Assembly: GCA_000146465.1 (NCBI GenBank)
Contig: CP001946.1
Strand: one strand, 5' to 3'
Length of the DNA: 64,000 nt
Positions within the stretch are counted from its first letter, which is position 1. Each line of letters starts with the position of its first letter. The position numbers were made by a program, and so were the translations under genes. Below are positions 38,662 to 48,084 of the stretch, piece by piece. The notes under the pieces were generated by a model. It was not told the DNA's origin. It saw only the letters and a list, made by a program, of their open reading frames with translations, and did no database searches.

Positions 38662-38940
38662 ATGAAGAAGACGCCAAAGAGGAAAGAGACTGAAGATAAG
38701 AAGGAGTCCGTAGAAGAAGAAGGAGAAATCATCGAGCAGGTAGGACATCTCAGAAGGGAGATGTGTGAAAAGAAGCTTGGGTTTATAGATAAAAGTGTTG
38801 CAGATGAAATAAGGGAGTTGGTAAGATATTCTCTATACGAAGATGTAGAGGAGTTTGTAAACCCTTGGGCTGCAAATGAAGTGCATGGGATTTCAAACGA
38901 CATAGCTGCAATCCAAGCAGCTCTAGACGACCAGCAATAA
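38662..38940 (+). CDS. small acidic hypothetical protein, 92 aa
   Basis: The ATG lies 12 bp after the Ulp1 stop. Lys-rich N-terminus and acidic helical C-terminus; no domain recognised. Confidence 0.4.
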   Translation: MKKTPKRKETEDKKESVEEEGEIIEQVGHLRREMCEKKLGFIDKSVADEIRELVRYSLYEDVEEFVNPWAANEVHGISNDIAAIQAALDDQQ

Positions 38941-38995
38941 ACATTCTGTCTATATCTATACAAAGAAGATAAATATTGGAAAGAGGCTCTTTATT

Positions 38996-41143
38996 TCATA
39001 CATCATAACTAGGATGAATGTGGATTTTCCCATCGCTGATAAACAAGACACCTTCCTTACCTATAAGGAAAGACAGGACGTTTTCTGCCTTTTTCTGTTC
39101 CTCGATTAAGGCTTTCTCGCTCTCTATGCATGACTCGCTTTCCGATAGAAATGCCTCGACCAGCTCATGTCTTTCCATCGGATCCCTCGTCTTTATAAGG
39201 TATATGAAAGAGTTTGTTATTCTTATGTAGTCCTTGCTGTTTATCATGAATCCGGGCTCGTCGGCAGTCTTGGGAACTATTTCTATGTCCTCCCCCTTGA
39301 CCTCAACAACACTGCTTTTCACCAGCCTGTACGCCTCCTCCACATACTCCTTTGTTACAAACTCGTTGTCATGGATCTTTGCAAGCGCCTCGCTAAGACG
39401 AATCAGACTCTCCAAATGCCTGACAGTCATCATGTAGTTGTTGCTGTGAACAAGACTATCCTGCCTTATCCCAATGTACTTCTTTATAAGCATCTCCTTT
39501 GCTTCATCCGTCATTTTTGGGGTCTTCCTTCTTGCATAGCGAAGATACAACTTTACTTGCTCCTTTGTAAAGTAACTTGCTAGCATCCCTTTGTCTGTAA
39601 TAGATGCATGGCTGTTGAGTATGTGTGTTGCAACATTCCTGTCATTCTCCATATTTGCATCGTCGATCAGTACAAAGTACAGATCAAACCTGGACATCAC
39701 TGGTGCACTGAGATTTATGTTCTGTCTTAGAGTCTTTTTCTTATCGTATCTACCCTTGATTGGATTTGCAGCTGCCAAGATGCTGGTTCGGGCATTCAGG
39801 GTTGCATTTATTCCTGCTTTCGAAATGGTTATTGTCTGCTGCTCCATTGCTTCATGGATGCTCACCTGATCCCGAACATTCATCTTATCAAATTCATCGA
39901 TACAGCATATCCCAGTGTCGCTCAACATCAGTGCCCCTGCCTCAATTGTAAACTCTCCTGTTTCTCCATCCTTTATCACACTTGCAGTAAGCCCTGCAGC
40001 ACTACTGCTCTTCCCAGAAGTATAGACGCTTCTAGGAAGGAAGGAACTCGCCTGCTTCAGAAACTGGGATTTTGCAGTTCCTGGATCTCCTACAAGCAGA
40101 ACATTGATGTCTCCTCGGAGGCTGGTTCCTCCCTCAGCCTTCTTTCCAACCCCTCCAACAAGAAGAAGTAGGATTGCGTTTTTGATTGAGTAGTGCCCAT
40201 GAATCGACGGAAACATACTCTGGCTCAATTTGTAATAGAGGTCAGATGCAGATCTCATTTCGTTTATCACAGCTAGTTCTTCGTTAGTAAACTCTCCATC
40301 TTCCACAAGACTGCAATCAGCATGTATGCACATAAAGCTTAACTTGTAGTTCAGATCCTTGATGTTTATGTTCCTTTTCTTTTTGATCTCGTCCAGCTCT
40401 CCGCTCTGTACAGGAACAGTCTTACTCTGAGGCATCATCAACTGTATCACATCGGGAACAACTATCAGATATCCTGTCATCACAACCTTGTCTCCAGCCC
40501 TTATCTTTTCAACCAAGTCGTTTCTGACTATCACATCCATGCTCCTTGGAAGTGATCCAGGAGGAATCTCTTCTGTATTTTCTTGCACATGTATCTTTTG
40601 CCAATTCAAAAACTTACTTTTGTCAATCTCGAGCTTCCATAGCCTCCTATTTGTGCAGAGGTGGTTTGGACATACCAAAGGCTCGGTGTACTTGAACTCC
40701 TGGAAAACATCACTGACAACTGAATTACAGACCTTACACACAAAAGTCCCCTGCGAAAGTTCCGGCCTTACTTGCGTCGTTCTGGTAACCGTCCCACTAA
40801 AGCTCAGAAGCTGCCCCAGCTTGTCGCTCTTCAGCTCTCGGATCTTGTAGACCACCTGACTGTTGTGGAACGACACCTGTTCAAGTGCAGTAGAAAACTC
40901 TCGCATCGTATATACAGCTATGCTTCTGTTAATCCTATCCACGTCCCTTGAAAAGTTTCTCACCAGGTCCGTGTACAGATCCACTGAATAGGAATGGACA
41001 TCCTGAAGATCAACCAATAGTACTGTTTCATTCCTGTATATGGCCTGTTCAGCCTCTGTCCTGATCTTCGATGTGTTGTCGAGGAATTCCAGGAACTTGC
41101 TGTGAACCTCCTCTGTCATTTGAGGATAAAATTTTTTCCTCAT
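38996..41143 (-). CDS. MCM2-7 family replicative helicase subunit (best guess MCM7)
   Basis: Zn motif CKVCNSVV...CPNHLC, Walker A GDPGTAKSQFLK, Walker B CCIDEFDKM, SIHEAMEQQTITISKAGI, and the arginine finger SRFD. N-terminal LLVDLQDVHSY and IHGHYSIKNAILLLLVGGV resemble MCM7. Confidence 0.9.
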   Translation of the reverse strand: MRKKFYPQMTEEVHSKFLEFLDNTSKIRTEAEQAIYRNETVLLVDLQDVHSYSVDLYTDLVRNFSRDVDRINRSIAVYTMREFSTALEQVSFHNSQVVYKIRELKSDKLGQLLSFSGTVTRTTQVRPELSQGTFVCKVCNSVVSDVFQEFKYTEPLVCPNHLCTNRRLWKLEIDKSKFLNWQKIHVQENTEEIPPGSLPRSMDVIVRNDLVEKIRAGDKVVMTGYLIVVPDVIQLMMPQSKTVPVQSGELDEIKKKRNINIKDLNYKLSFMCIHADCSLVEDGEFTNEELAVINEMRSASDLYYKLSQSMFPSIHGHYSIKNAILLLLVGGVGKKAEGGTSLRGDINVLLVGDPGTAKSQFLKQASSFLPRSVYTSGKSSSAAGLTASVIKDGETGEFTIEAGALMLSDTGICCIDEFDKMNVRDQVSIHEAMEQQTITISKAGINATLNARTSILAAANPIKGRYDKKKTLRQNINLSAPVMSRFDLYFVLIDDANMENDRNVATHILNSHASITDKGMLASYFTKEQVKLYLRYARRKTPKMTDEAKEMLIKKYIGIRQDSLVHSNNYMMTVRHLESLIRLSEALAKIHDNEFVTKEYVEEAYRLVKSSVVEVKGEDIEIVPKTADEPGFMINSKDYIRITNSFIYLIKTRDPMERHELVEAFLSESESCIESEKALIEEQKKAENVLSFLIGKEGVLFISDGKIHIHPSYDV

Positions 41144-41174
41144 CTAAGTATCTCCCCAGACGTCCCGGCCCTCC

Positions 41175-41417
41175 TCACTTTACAGGTATGACCTTTCTGG
41201 TCAGTCTGCCTGGCGCCACTCTTCTGATGTTCGCCCCAAGGAGAACAAATGCATAAACAAAGGTGTATACAAACAGAGATGCAAATCGGAGACATACCTT
41301 TGGAGAGACGTAAGGTATGGAGATAACCACTGGAGCATGAAAGAGAACAAAAATACATATTGCAAAGTTTATCAATGCTATTCCCAAAAACCTTCTGTTC
41401 CTCTTTATATTTTCCAT
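41175..41417 (-). CDS. possible small two-TM membrane protein, 80 aa
   Basis: ATG preceded by 'gaccctgg'. Two hydrophobic helices (FLGIALINFAICIFVLF, FASLFVYTFVYAFVLLG). It sits in a 298-bp spacer upstream of MCM. Confidence 0.3.
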   Translation of the reverse strand: MENIKRNRRFLGIALINFAICIFVLFHAPVVISIPYVSPKVCLRFASLFVYTFVYAFVLLGANIRRVAPGRLTRKVIPVK

Positions 41418-41441
41418 CCAGGGTCTAATGGCACCCCAATA

Positions 41442-42230
41442 TCATGTGTTCTTCTCATTGTAATCCCCACAATAATGCTTGTAGAATTCGGGGGAGAATC
41501 CAACTCTATGGCTTCCCACACATAGAAAGCCCCCCTGTCTGTCGAGACTTTCTGGTGGAATCCCAATGGTGCCCTTCGACGTGTCAGATTCAATCAATCC
41601 CGGGCATTCTACCTTCAAAACACCGCTCCTTGGCCTTGCAACGAAGTACACCATACTTGAAGTGCTCCAGAACTTGAAGTAAAATGGACACGCAAAAACA
41701 CATCCAGGCCTAAGCCGGTATATGAAACCCTTTCCAAAGATCACATATTCCTGATCGTATCTCTTGTCTGGATATACCCTATACACAGACCCTTTCTTTT
41801 CCATGCGTTCGTTTCTCTCACTGTACAGTTCATACTCATCTATCTTACCCTCCCCAAATAGCTCTTCTAGCTTGAGAAACAGGAATGTCCCATCGAAGTA
41901 CTCTTGGATTCTAAAAGGAGGGAGAACTTCATATATCTCCGACTTTAGTATCTTCTGCTTTGTAACCTCAATGCCCTCGAACTCTCTGTATGACAGGATC
42001 CCCCTCTTTTCCTCGAATGAATAGGACTGTATATAGTTTACAGTCATGAGGCTTGGCTTGCCTGTATGTACACAGAGGTTGTCGAATATTGAATGGCGAC
42101 TGAGACGCACAGGAATGTGGTACTCTTCACGAGGGGGAATTCTAATTGTGCTGTGGTGTACTATCTGGACAAAGGTACAATCTGGAGGACAGTCTGGAAG
42201 GAAGATCATCCCCTCATACAACCTAAGCAT
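41442..42230 (-). CDS. hypothetical protein, 262 aa
   Basis: ATG-initiated ORF with protein-like composition and no recognised domain. It is divergent from Nog1 with a 118-bp spacer. Confidence 0.5.
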   Translation of the reverse strand: MLRLYEGMIFLPDCPPDCTFVQIVHHSTIRIPPREEYHIPVRLSRHSIFDNLCVHTGKPSLMTVNYIQSYSFEEKRGILSYREFEGIEVTKQKILKSEIYEVLPPFRIQEYFDGTFLFLKLEELFGEGKIDEYELYSERNERMEKKGSVYRVYPDKRYDQEYVIFGKGFIYRLRPGCVFACPFYFKFWSTSSMVYFVARPRSGVLKVECPGLIESDTSKGTIGIPPESLDRQGGFLCVGSHRVGFSPEFYKHYCGDYNEKNT

Positions 42231-42348
42231 CCGCCTATGGGTTAAAGAATCTCTGGATCTATGGCTGTTTGCTCTTAGAGGAGAAGAGGTATGGAATGTC
42301 TAGGCCCAAGGACTCTTGCAATTTTTTCATTCTCTGAAAGTACCCCAA

Positions 42349-43935
42349 ATGAAGATAAACTTTGGATACATAACTCCTGTGCCGTTGAACACGGAGCTGA
42401 TAGACACGTCCCTTAGTAAAACCCAGAGGAGAACACCAACAGTCATCCACCCCCAATACAACATTATCAAGATAAGGATGTTCTATATGAGGAAGGTAAA
42501 GCATGCAGGAAGTGAGTTTGGATCGAGGCTTGGAACCATTCTTACAGACTTTCCAAGGATCGAGGACATCCATCCATTCTACAGGGATTTGATCAATGTT
42601 TTGTACGACAGAGACCATTACAAGCTTGCCCTTGGGCATGTAAACTCGGCAAGGAATGCCATCGACAAGATTTCAAAGGAGTTTGTAAAGCTCCTGAAGT
42701 TTGCGGACAGCTTGTACAGATGCAAGCAGCTGAAAAGAGCAGCTCTTGGGAGAATGGCATCTGCAATCAAAAGGCTTGGAAAGACTTTGGAGTATCTGGA
42801 GGAGGTTAGGATGCACATGAGCAGGCTGCCGTCGATAGACTTATCTGGAAGAACTCTCCTTGTGTGTGGATTTCCAAATGTTGGGAAGAGTTCGTTTGTT
42901 AGGAAGGTGTCAAGGGCGGATGTGGAGGTCCAGTCTTATCCGTTTACAACAAAGAGTCTTTATGTTGGTCACTTTGACTACAAGTATCTTCAGTGGCAGG
43001 TGATTGACACGCCGGGAATCCTAGACCAGCCTCTTGAAAACAGAAACACTATTGAGATGCTCAGCATCACTGCACTTGCACACATCAAGGCTGTTGTTCT
43101 TTACTTTATCGATCTGAGTGAGACATGCGGATATTCGATCAGCGAGCAGATAGACCTATTCAACACTCTGAATCCACTCCTGAATTCGAGCATGGTGATT
43201 GTTTTGAGTAAGAGCGATGTGGTGAAATTGTGTGATCTGGAGGATAAAGAAATGATCATGGAGTTTCTGTCTGGGAAGAAGTACATGGAGATGAGCTGTG
43301 AAAAGGAAGAAAACATAGATGTGGTCAAGGGGATGGCATGTGACCTCTTGCTCGACGAGCGATTTGAGAAGAAGATCAACAGCGACAAGCTCTGCGAATA
43401 CATCAACCGAATCACGATTCTCAGGCCGAAGGAGGTCCGAGAAAAGGCAGAATCGTTTGTTTGCTCCCGGGAGATAACAGAGATTGAAAATGAGCAGGAA
43501 AGGTATCTTGTCCCTTCCGAGTACAAGTACGACATCATACCCGAGATTATAGACGGAAAGAATGTAGCAGACTTCTTTGACCCAGATATTGAAAGAAAAC
43601 TTGTGGAGATTGAGAAGGAGGAAGAGGACATGCTTCCGATGTACTGCAAGACTTACGATGTGTTGTCTCCTGAAGAAAGAGCTCTGAAGGAAGAGATTAC
43701 AGTAGGGATAGAAAGAAGGAGGATTATCAACAGGCTTCGGGAAAAGAAAAGACTTCCGGATTCATGGAAGCTGAGGACGAAGAACAGTGGAGAGGAAGTG
43801 GAAGTGAGTGTGAAGAAAGACAACAAGACACAGATAGTGCAGCCACCTCGGCAGCCAAGCAAGAAGAAGGCTAGGTTTGATGACAAGCACTATTATGACA
43901 GAAAGCCAAAGCATCTTTATAGAGGGCGAAGGTGA
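42349..43935 (+). CDS. NOG1: nucleolar GTPase Nog1
   Basis: The ORF-track start (42316) is TTG. The ATG at 42349 gives MKINFGYITPVPLNTELIDTSLSKTQRRTPTVIH, the Nog1 N-terminal signature. G1 LVCGFPNVGKSSFV and DTPGILD follow, with a NOGCT-like basic C-terminus. Confidence 0.9.
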   Translation: MKINFGYITPVPLNTELIDTSLSKTQRRTPTVIHPQYNIIKIRMFYMRKVKHAGSEFGSRLGTILTDFPRIEDIHPFYRDLINVLYDRDHYKLALGHVNSARNAIDKISKEFVKLLKFADSLYRCKQLKRAALGRMASAIKRLGKTLEYLEEVRMHMSRLPSIDLSGRTLLVCGFPNVGKSSFVRKVSRADVEVQSYPFTTKSLYVGHFDYKYLQWQVIDTPGILDQPLENRNTIEMLSITALAHIKAVVLYFIDLSETCGYSISEQIDLFNTLNPLLNSSMVIVLSKSDVVKLCDLEDKEMIMEFLSGKKYMEMSCEKEENIDVVKGMACDLLLDERFEKKINSDKLCEYINRITILRPKEVREKAESFVCSREITEIENEQERYLVPSEYKYDIIPEIIDGKNVADFFDPDIERKLVEIEKEEEDMLPMYCKTYDVLSPEERALKEEITVGIERRRIINRLREKKRLPDSWKLRTKNSGEEVEVSVKKDNKTQIVQPPRQPSKKKARFDDKHYYDRKPKHLYRGRR

Positions 43936-44006
43936 GCTATATTATTAAAAGATACTAGCAATTTGTTGGGAGCCTGGCGGCAATTTTTTAATAAAAAATC
44001 CTTGAT

Positions 44007-45110
44007 ATGGGTAATAACAAGATTCCAATGTGGGAGCAGTGCAAAGCCTTTACTCTTGAGTTTAATTCCTTGGAGAATAAGGAAAGGACAACCTCTATGC
44101 AGTATGGGGAGCGCCTATACATAGGGTGTGGAGACGGACGTGTGGAATGCTATGGAGACAAGAAGCTGTACTCCTTCCAGGGATTTGAGTTAGAGTTCGA
44201 CTATCTTGAGAGCTGTGATGTAGCCGAGAAAGTGCTGGCGATTGAAAAGCTAGATTGCGGAGGGCCTGAGGAGCTTCTTGCCGTTGGAAACGAGCGAAGC
44301 CTGAAGATATGGAGGATCAGGAACAAGGGTCCTACCAAGGAAGTTGTGGAAGGAAGATTTTCGGAAGAGTATGATTACACATGTGTAAAAGAGTGTAAGA
44401 ATGTGCATCCGTGTATTTTGAATAGCTTGAGTCTTAATAATGACAAGCAGTATCTTCTGTCCTCCGACTATCTAAAGATAAATCTGTGGAAGCCCGAAAA
44501 GATCGAAGGATGCTTCACGATTGTGGATGTGAAGCCACACAAATACAGTGATCTGATGTTTGTAATCAACTCAACGAAGTTCAGTAGCGAAATGAACATG
44601 GTGTTTGGGTATTCAACAAGCTCTGGAGTAATCCACATAAACGATCTAAGACTCTCCTCGAAGTCGTTGGAAGTCCTAAAAATAGACGGGGTGGATGTGG
44701 ATGGAATTGAAGGGGCAGTGAAGTCCATTTCCGACTTCCAGTTTGTTGATTCAAACCTGATTCTTGCCAGATGTCTCAACTCTGTCACACTCTATGACAT
44801 GAGAAATCCCAAGGATAGTGTTTTTACTACTGTACTGTGCGACGATACAGACGAAATCAGTTCTGTTTATGAGTCTGATGCAGTGTATACAAGGTTCAGG
44901 ATTTCCTGTTCAAACGGCTATGGGTTCACAGGAGGATTTCAGGATGCAGTCCATATCGTCAATCTCTCGGACGGATCGAAGGAGGATTTGGAAATACCTT
45001 GTGAGCCAAAGAATACAGAGAAGAAAGACAAGCTCAAGCTAGTGTGCTCGAATGGAGAGAGGTTTGTTGTTGCTTGTGAGGACAAACTGTTTGAATACAA
45101 GCATGTTTAG
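44007..45110 (+). CDS. CDC55: PP2A regulatory subunit B55 (PR55/Cdc55)
   Basis: EFDYLES...LAVGNERSLKIWRI and LSSDYLKINLWKPEKIEGCFTIVDVKP match B55 (EFDYLKS..., [26 protein letters not shown]). Confidence 0.85.
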   Translation: MGNNKIPMWEQCKAFTLEFNSLENKERTTSMQYGERLYIGCGDGRVECYGDKKLYSFQGFELEFDYLESCDVAEKVLAIEKLDCGGPEELLAVGNERSLKIWRIRNKGPTKEVVEGRFSEEYDYTCVKECKNVHPCILNSLSLNNDKQYLLSSDYLKINLWKPEKIEGCFTIVDVKPHKYSDLMFVINSTKFSSEMNMVFGYSTSSGVIHINDLRLSSKSLEVLKIDGVDVDGIEGAVKSISDFQFVDSNLILARCLNSVTLYDMRNPKDSVFTTVLCDDTDEISSVYESDAVYTRFRISCSNGYGFTGGFQDAVHIVNLSDGSKEDLEIPCEPKNTEKKDKLKLVCSNGERFVVACEDKLFEYKHV

Positions 45111-45261
45111 TCAAGCTCTTGATGTGCCGAGAGTCCAGCTTCTTCCCAAAGCAACACAGTAGCAAACCAGATGTTTTGTTTATATAAAAAGTTGTTTAGA
45201 AAGAGGCAAGAAATGCCAACCACCAAAAACAGAACCTTATCCTTTAATTAATTATGCAAAG

Positions 45262-45984
45262 TCATCTTCTTAACATCCAAAAAACCAGTGCGAGCACCAT
45301 CCAGAACACCATGAACTTGATTATTGCAGGGCGAGTGCCAGATACATTCTTCCAAGTCTTCCTCATAAGGTCCAGGCCTCCGAAGATAAGACCTTCCGAG
45401 GTCTCCATGAGGTCGTCGATTCTTCTGAAGCTTTCCTCCTGAAGAGATATGTGCATGCTTATCTCTTCCATGATCTGACCTATCTCGCTGATCTGCATTG
45501 ATATCTTCTGCCTCTCTTTGATCCTCTCAGTTACCACTTCGCTTTCCATTAGCACAGCATTCTGTTGCTCTTGCGAGCACTCTGAATCAAACTCTTTTCT
45601 CCTCTCAGACACAGCCTGGGCCCGAGCATTCTTTTTTCTGGTAAGCTCCTTTAATCTTATATGGTGTCGTGTCGCCTTGTTTTTGATTATTCCATCGAGA
45701 TTTGCATATGAAGAAGCCTCCTGGTCATTTTGGAATCTTATCTCCAGCCCAGAAATCTCTTGCATCTCTCTTATCAGCTCCCGGGCCCTATCTATCTTTG
45801 ACTGCAGAGCAAACGACTCGTATACTCTCCCATTCTCCAGCATTCTACTCACCTCGGAAAGTATTTTCTCCACCGTGGCCTCTATCTCGAATGCCTTTGT
45901 GTATGGGGACGAAGAAGAAGGCCTTCCCTGTTGAGGAATGAGTGTGGCCTGGATAACCTTCATAAACTCGCCGGTTCTGTCCAT
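45262..45984 (-). CDS. SED5: Qa-SNARE syntaxin 5 (Sed5-like)
   Basis: N-terminal MDRTGEF matches the Sly1-binding DRTxEF peptide. The SNARE motif is ISEIGQIMEEISMHISLQEESFRRIDD, followed by a C-terminal TM IIKFMVFWMVLALVFWML. Confidence 0.7.
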   Translation of the reverse strand: MDRTGEFMKVIQATLIPQQGRPSSSSPYTKAFEIEATVEKILSEVSRMLENGRVYESFALQSKIDRARELIREMQEISGLEIRFQNDQEASSYANLDGIIKNKATRHHIRLKELTRKKNARAQAVSERRKEFDSECSQEQQNAVLMESEVVTERIKERQKISMQISEIGQIMEEISMHISLQEESFRRIDDLMETSEGLIFGGLDLMRKTWKNVSGTRPAIIKFMVFWMVLALVFWMLRR

Positions 45985-46051
45985 GCAGGGCCTTGCCTAT
46001 GAAATTTAATGTATTTGTTTATGTCTTCTGGGCCTTGAAAGTCCCTCGGAG

Positions 46052-46621
46052 ATGTTTGAATACTATGAGGAACCGGTTCTCACCAACGATCTTCTGTCGC
46101 TGGCGTACATTTTGGATGGGAATGTCGGGAAGATTGTCTTTACATCGGAGATGGATCCAAAAGTTTTTCCTAGAGATCCCATTGTTCCCTCGAAATATGC
46201 AGAAGCCCTGTCCTCGTTTGAAAGCTTTCTGGACTTCTACAGAAATCTGAAGGAAGAAGGGGACTATTCAGAAATAATAACCTACTATAAACTCAAGCAT
46301 AGGAAGCTGTCATTCATTGCCTTGCATTTGAAGTATGTCCACCTCAAGAAAGGGGCAGAAAAGATAGATCAAGGAGAAGATGCCGGCTACTACAACGAGG
46401 ATCTTTATAAAACTTTACTAGAGTGCAACCAGTATGTCTCCAGGAGAGAATCCAAAGATATGTTCTTGGCTCCCCTTTACATGAGCCGATTCTATAAAGA
46501 GAATGGGGAGCTTGTGAAGTCTAGAAGACTGAAAAAAGAAGCACAAAAGATGGCTGGGGCCTCAAGGAAGTTGGACGTTGTCTGGGAGGCAGATGACAAA
46601 ACATACAGGTCTTTTCCGTGA
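46052..46621 (+). CDS. hypothetical protein, 189 aa
   Basis: ATG-initiated ORF with no recognised domain. Confidence 0.45.
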   Translation: MFEYYEEPVLTNDLLSLAYILDGNVGKIVFTSEMDPKVFPRDPIVPSKYAEALSSFESFLDFYRNLKEEGDYSEIITYYKLKHRKLSFIALHLKYVHLKKGAEKIDQGEDAGYYNEDLYKTLLECNQYVSRRESKDMFLAPLYMSRFYKENGELVKSRRLKKEAQKMAGASRKLDVVWEADDKTYRSFP

Positions 46622-46653
46622 AAACGCCTTCTCGAAGCCTTTCTAAATAAACA

Positions 46654-47028
46654 CTAACCATCAAGCTCGGGATCTTTACCTTGTATGAAGTCTACAATGT
46701 CTGCCTCTATCTTTCCAGAGGCTTCTCTATCCGACAGAATCTGGTCGCACACAAACTTCATGTAGATTGGAAGCATTCTCATTCTTTCCTCCACAACATC
46801 CCCACTCATTTTGTTCCACCTCTTTCTTGGAAACTCCGGAAGTACTTTCACAAGGCATCTGAGCCTGGAGTGAAGTTTGTAGAAATCTCTGTATCGCTTA
46901 AAAACCTTTGTGTAACGCTTCTTGAAGCTTTTGTTATTAGTGACACATACAACCTCATACTCGGTATATTTGCCCTCGACATTTCTTGTTCCGGGAATCG
47001 TTATTTCTAGAACACTCTCTTCTTCCAT
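46654..47028 (-). CDS. PX-domain protein (small sorting-nexin-like)
   Basis: RYTKVFKRYRDFYKLHSRL...LPEFPRKRW follows the PX consensus (R.Y.DF..L...L....LP.LP.K). Confidence 0.65.
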   Translation of the reverse strand: MEEESVLEITIPGTRNVEGKYTEYEVVCVTNNKSFKKRYTKVFKRYRDFYKLHSRLRCLVKVLPEFPRKRWNKMSGDVVEERMRMLPIYMKFVCDQILSDREASGKIEADIVDFIQGKDPELDG

Positions 47029-47118
47029 CGGGTTTGTTTCCTCATCTAGGCTTTATAACCTCTGTTTCAATTGTTTTAGATCTGAATCTTGTCCTTCAGT
47101 TTCTCCTGGGCACGTGTC

Positions 47119-48012
47119 CTAGACCTCAATAACTTCGTTCTGAGCACTGTAATTTTGTTTTGAGGAAAGGTAATGTCTTACAGATACAAGCATCAGAACT
47201 CCGGCATAGAAGTCCCCGTCCTCGCTTTCCTTTGCCTCTCCAGAAATACTTTTTTCACTGCTTTTCAGCTCTACAAACAGACGCTTCTTCAAAGATTCAA
47301 GCTCTTCTATGCCACAGCTCTCAAAGTATTCCTTGAGGACAGAGAACGAAAAACATTCGAAAAGCCCCGAGGAAGCCAAAGGTCTTTCCTCTTTGAATTC
47401 TTTAAGTCTCTTCCTCAGCCTCTCAGACTCCCATGGAAATAGTTTCAGGAAGATGCATAGCTCCTGCCGAACCATCGATCTGAACAGAAATTCCCTGTTG
47501 TTCTTTATGTACACAGACTTCCGGAGACATTCCACCTTTCTCGACTGCAAAATCTTCACCTGTGTTCTGTAAACAAGATCTTCTTCCAGTAGCCGGACAA
47601 ACTCTCCAAAGCTTGGATCCACCATCAGCGACTCTACAGACCTGTAGATGATCTCGTTCAATCTAAGAAATCCAATCCTCCTTATTTTCTTTTGCAGGCC
47701 TTTGCATCTTTCCAGATACTCTGCCGAGCCGTCCTTCTGGAACTGGCGGCTGGCAGACATAACATCCTTCATTGTGGAAACAACCATGTCAAGCCCCATT
47801 GAATTCATGTCCACAGCCTCATCACTCAGAAAGTCCACAAGATCATATCCCACCATCAATGTGTTTATAGTCTGTATCCGACTATTCAAAGCTTCCAGCC
47901 TCTCCATGTATTCTCTTATCCGGGTGCTTAGAATCTTAAAACCTTCCGACTTCCTACGAAGTTGCTCGGCTCCTGAAAGTTTTTCTTCCAGACTCTTGAT
48001 CTTTTCCTCCAT
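47119..48012 (-). CDS. coiled-coil hypothetical protein, 297 aa
   Basis: The ORF-track start (48024) is TTG. The first ATG at 48012 gives MEEKIKSLEEKLSGAEQLRRKSE... Helical and coiled-coil rich. Confidence 0.5.
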   Translation of the reverse strand: MEEKIKSLEEKLSGAEQLRRKSEGFKILSTRIREYMERLEALNSRIQTINTLMVGYDLVDFLSDEAVDMNSMGLDMVVSTMKDVMSASRQFQKDGSAEYLERCKGLQKKIRRIGFLRLNEIIYRSVESLMVDPSFGEFVRLLEEDLVYRTQVKILQSRKVECLRKSVYIKNNREFLFRSMVRQELCIFLKLFPWESERLRKRLKEFKEERPLASSGLFECFSFSVLKEYFESCGIEELESLKKRLFVELKSSEKSISGEAKESEDGDFYAGVLMLVSVRHYLSSKQNYSAQNEVIEV

Positions 48013-48084
48013 GGAAACTAACAATTAGGGCTGTTCTTATGTCTTGGAAGACAAAGTACAAATTCAGGTCCTTGCACCCCATTG

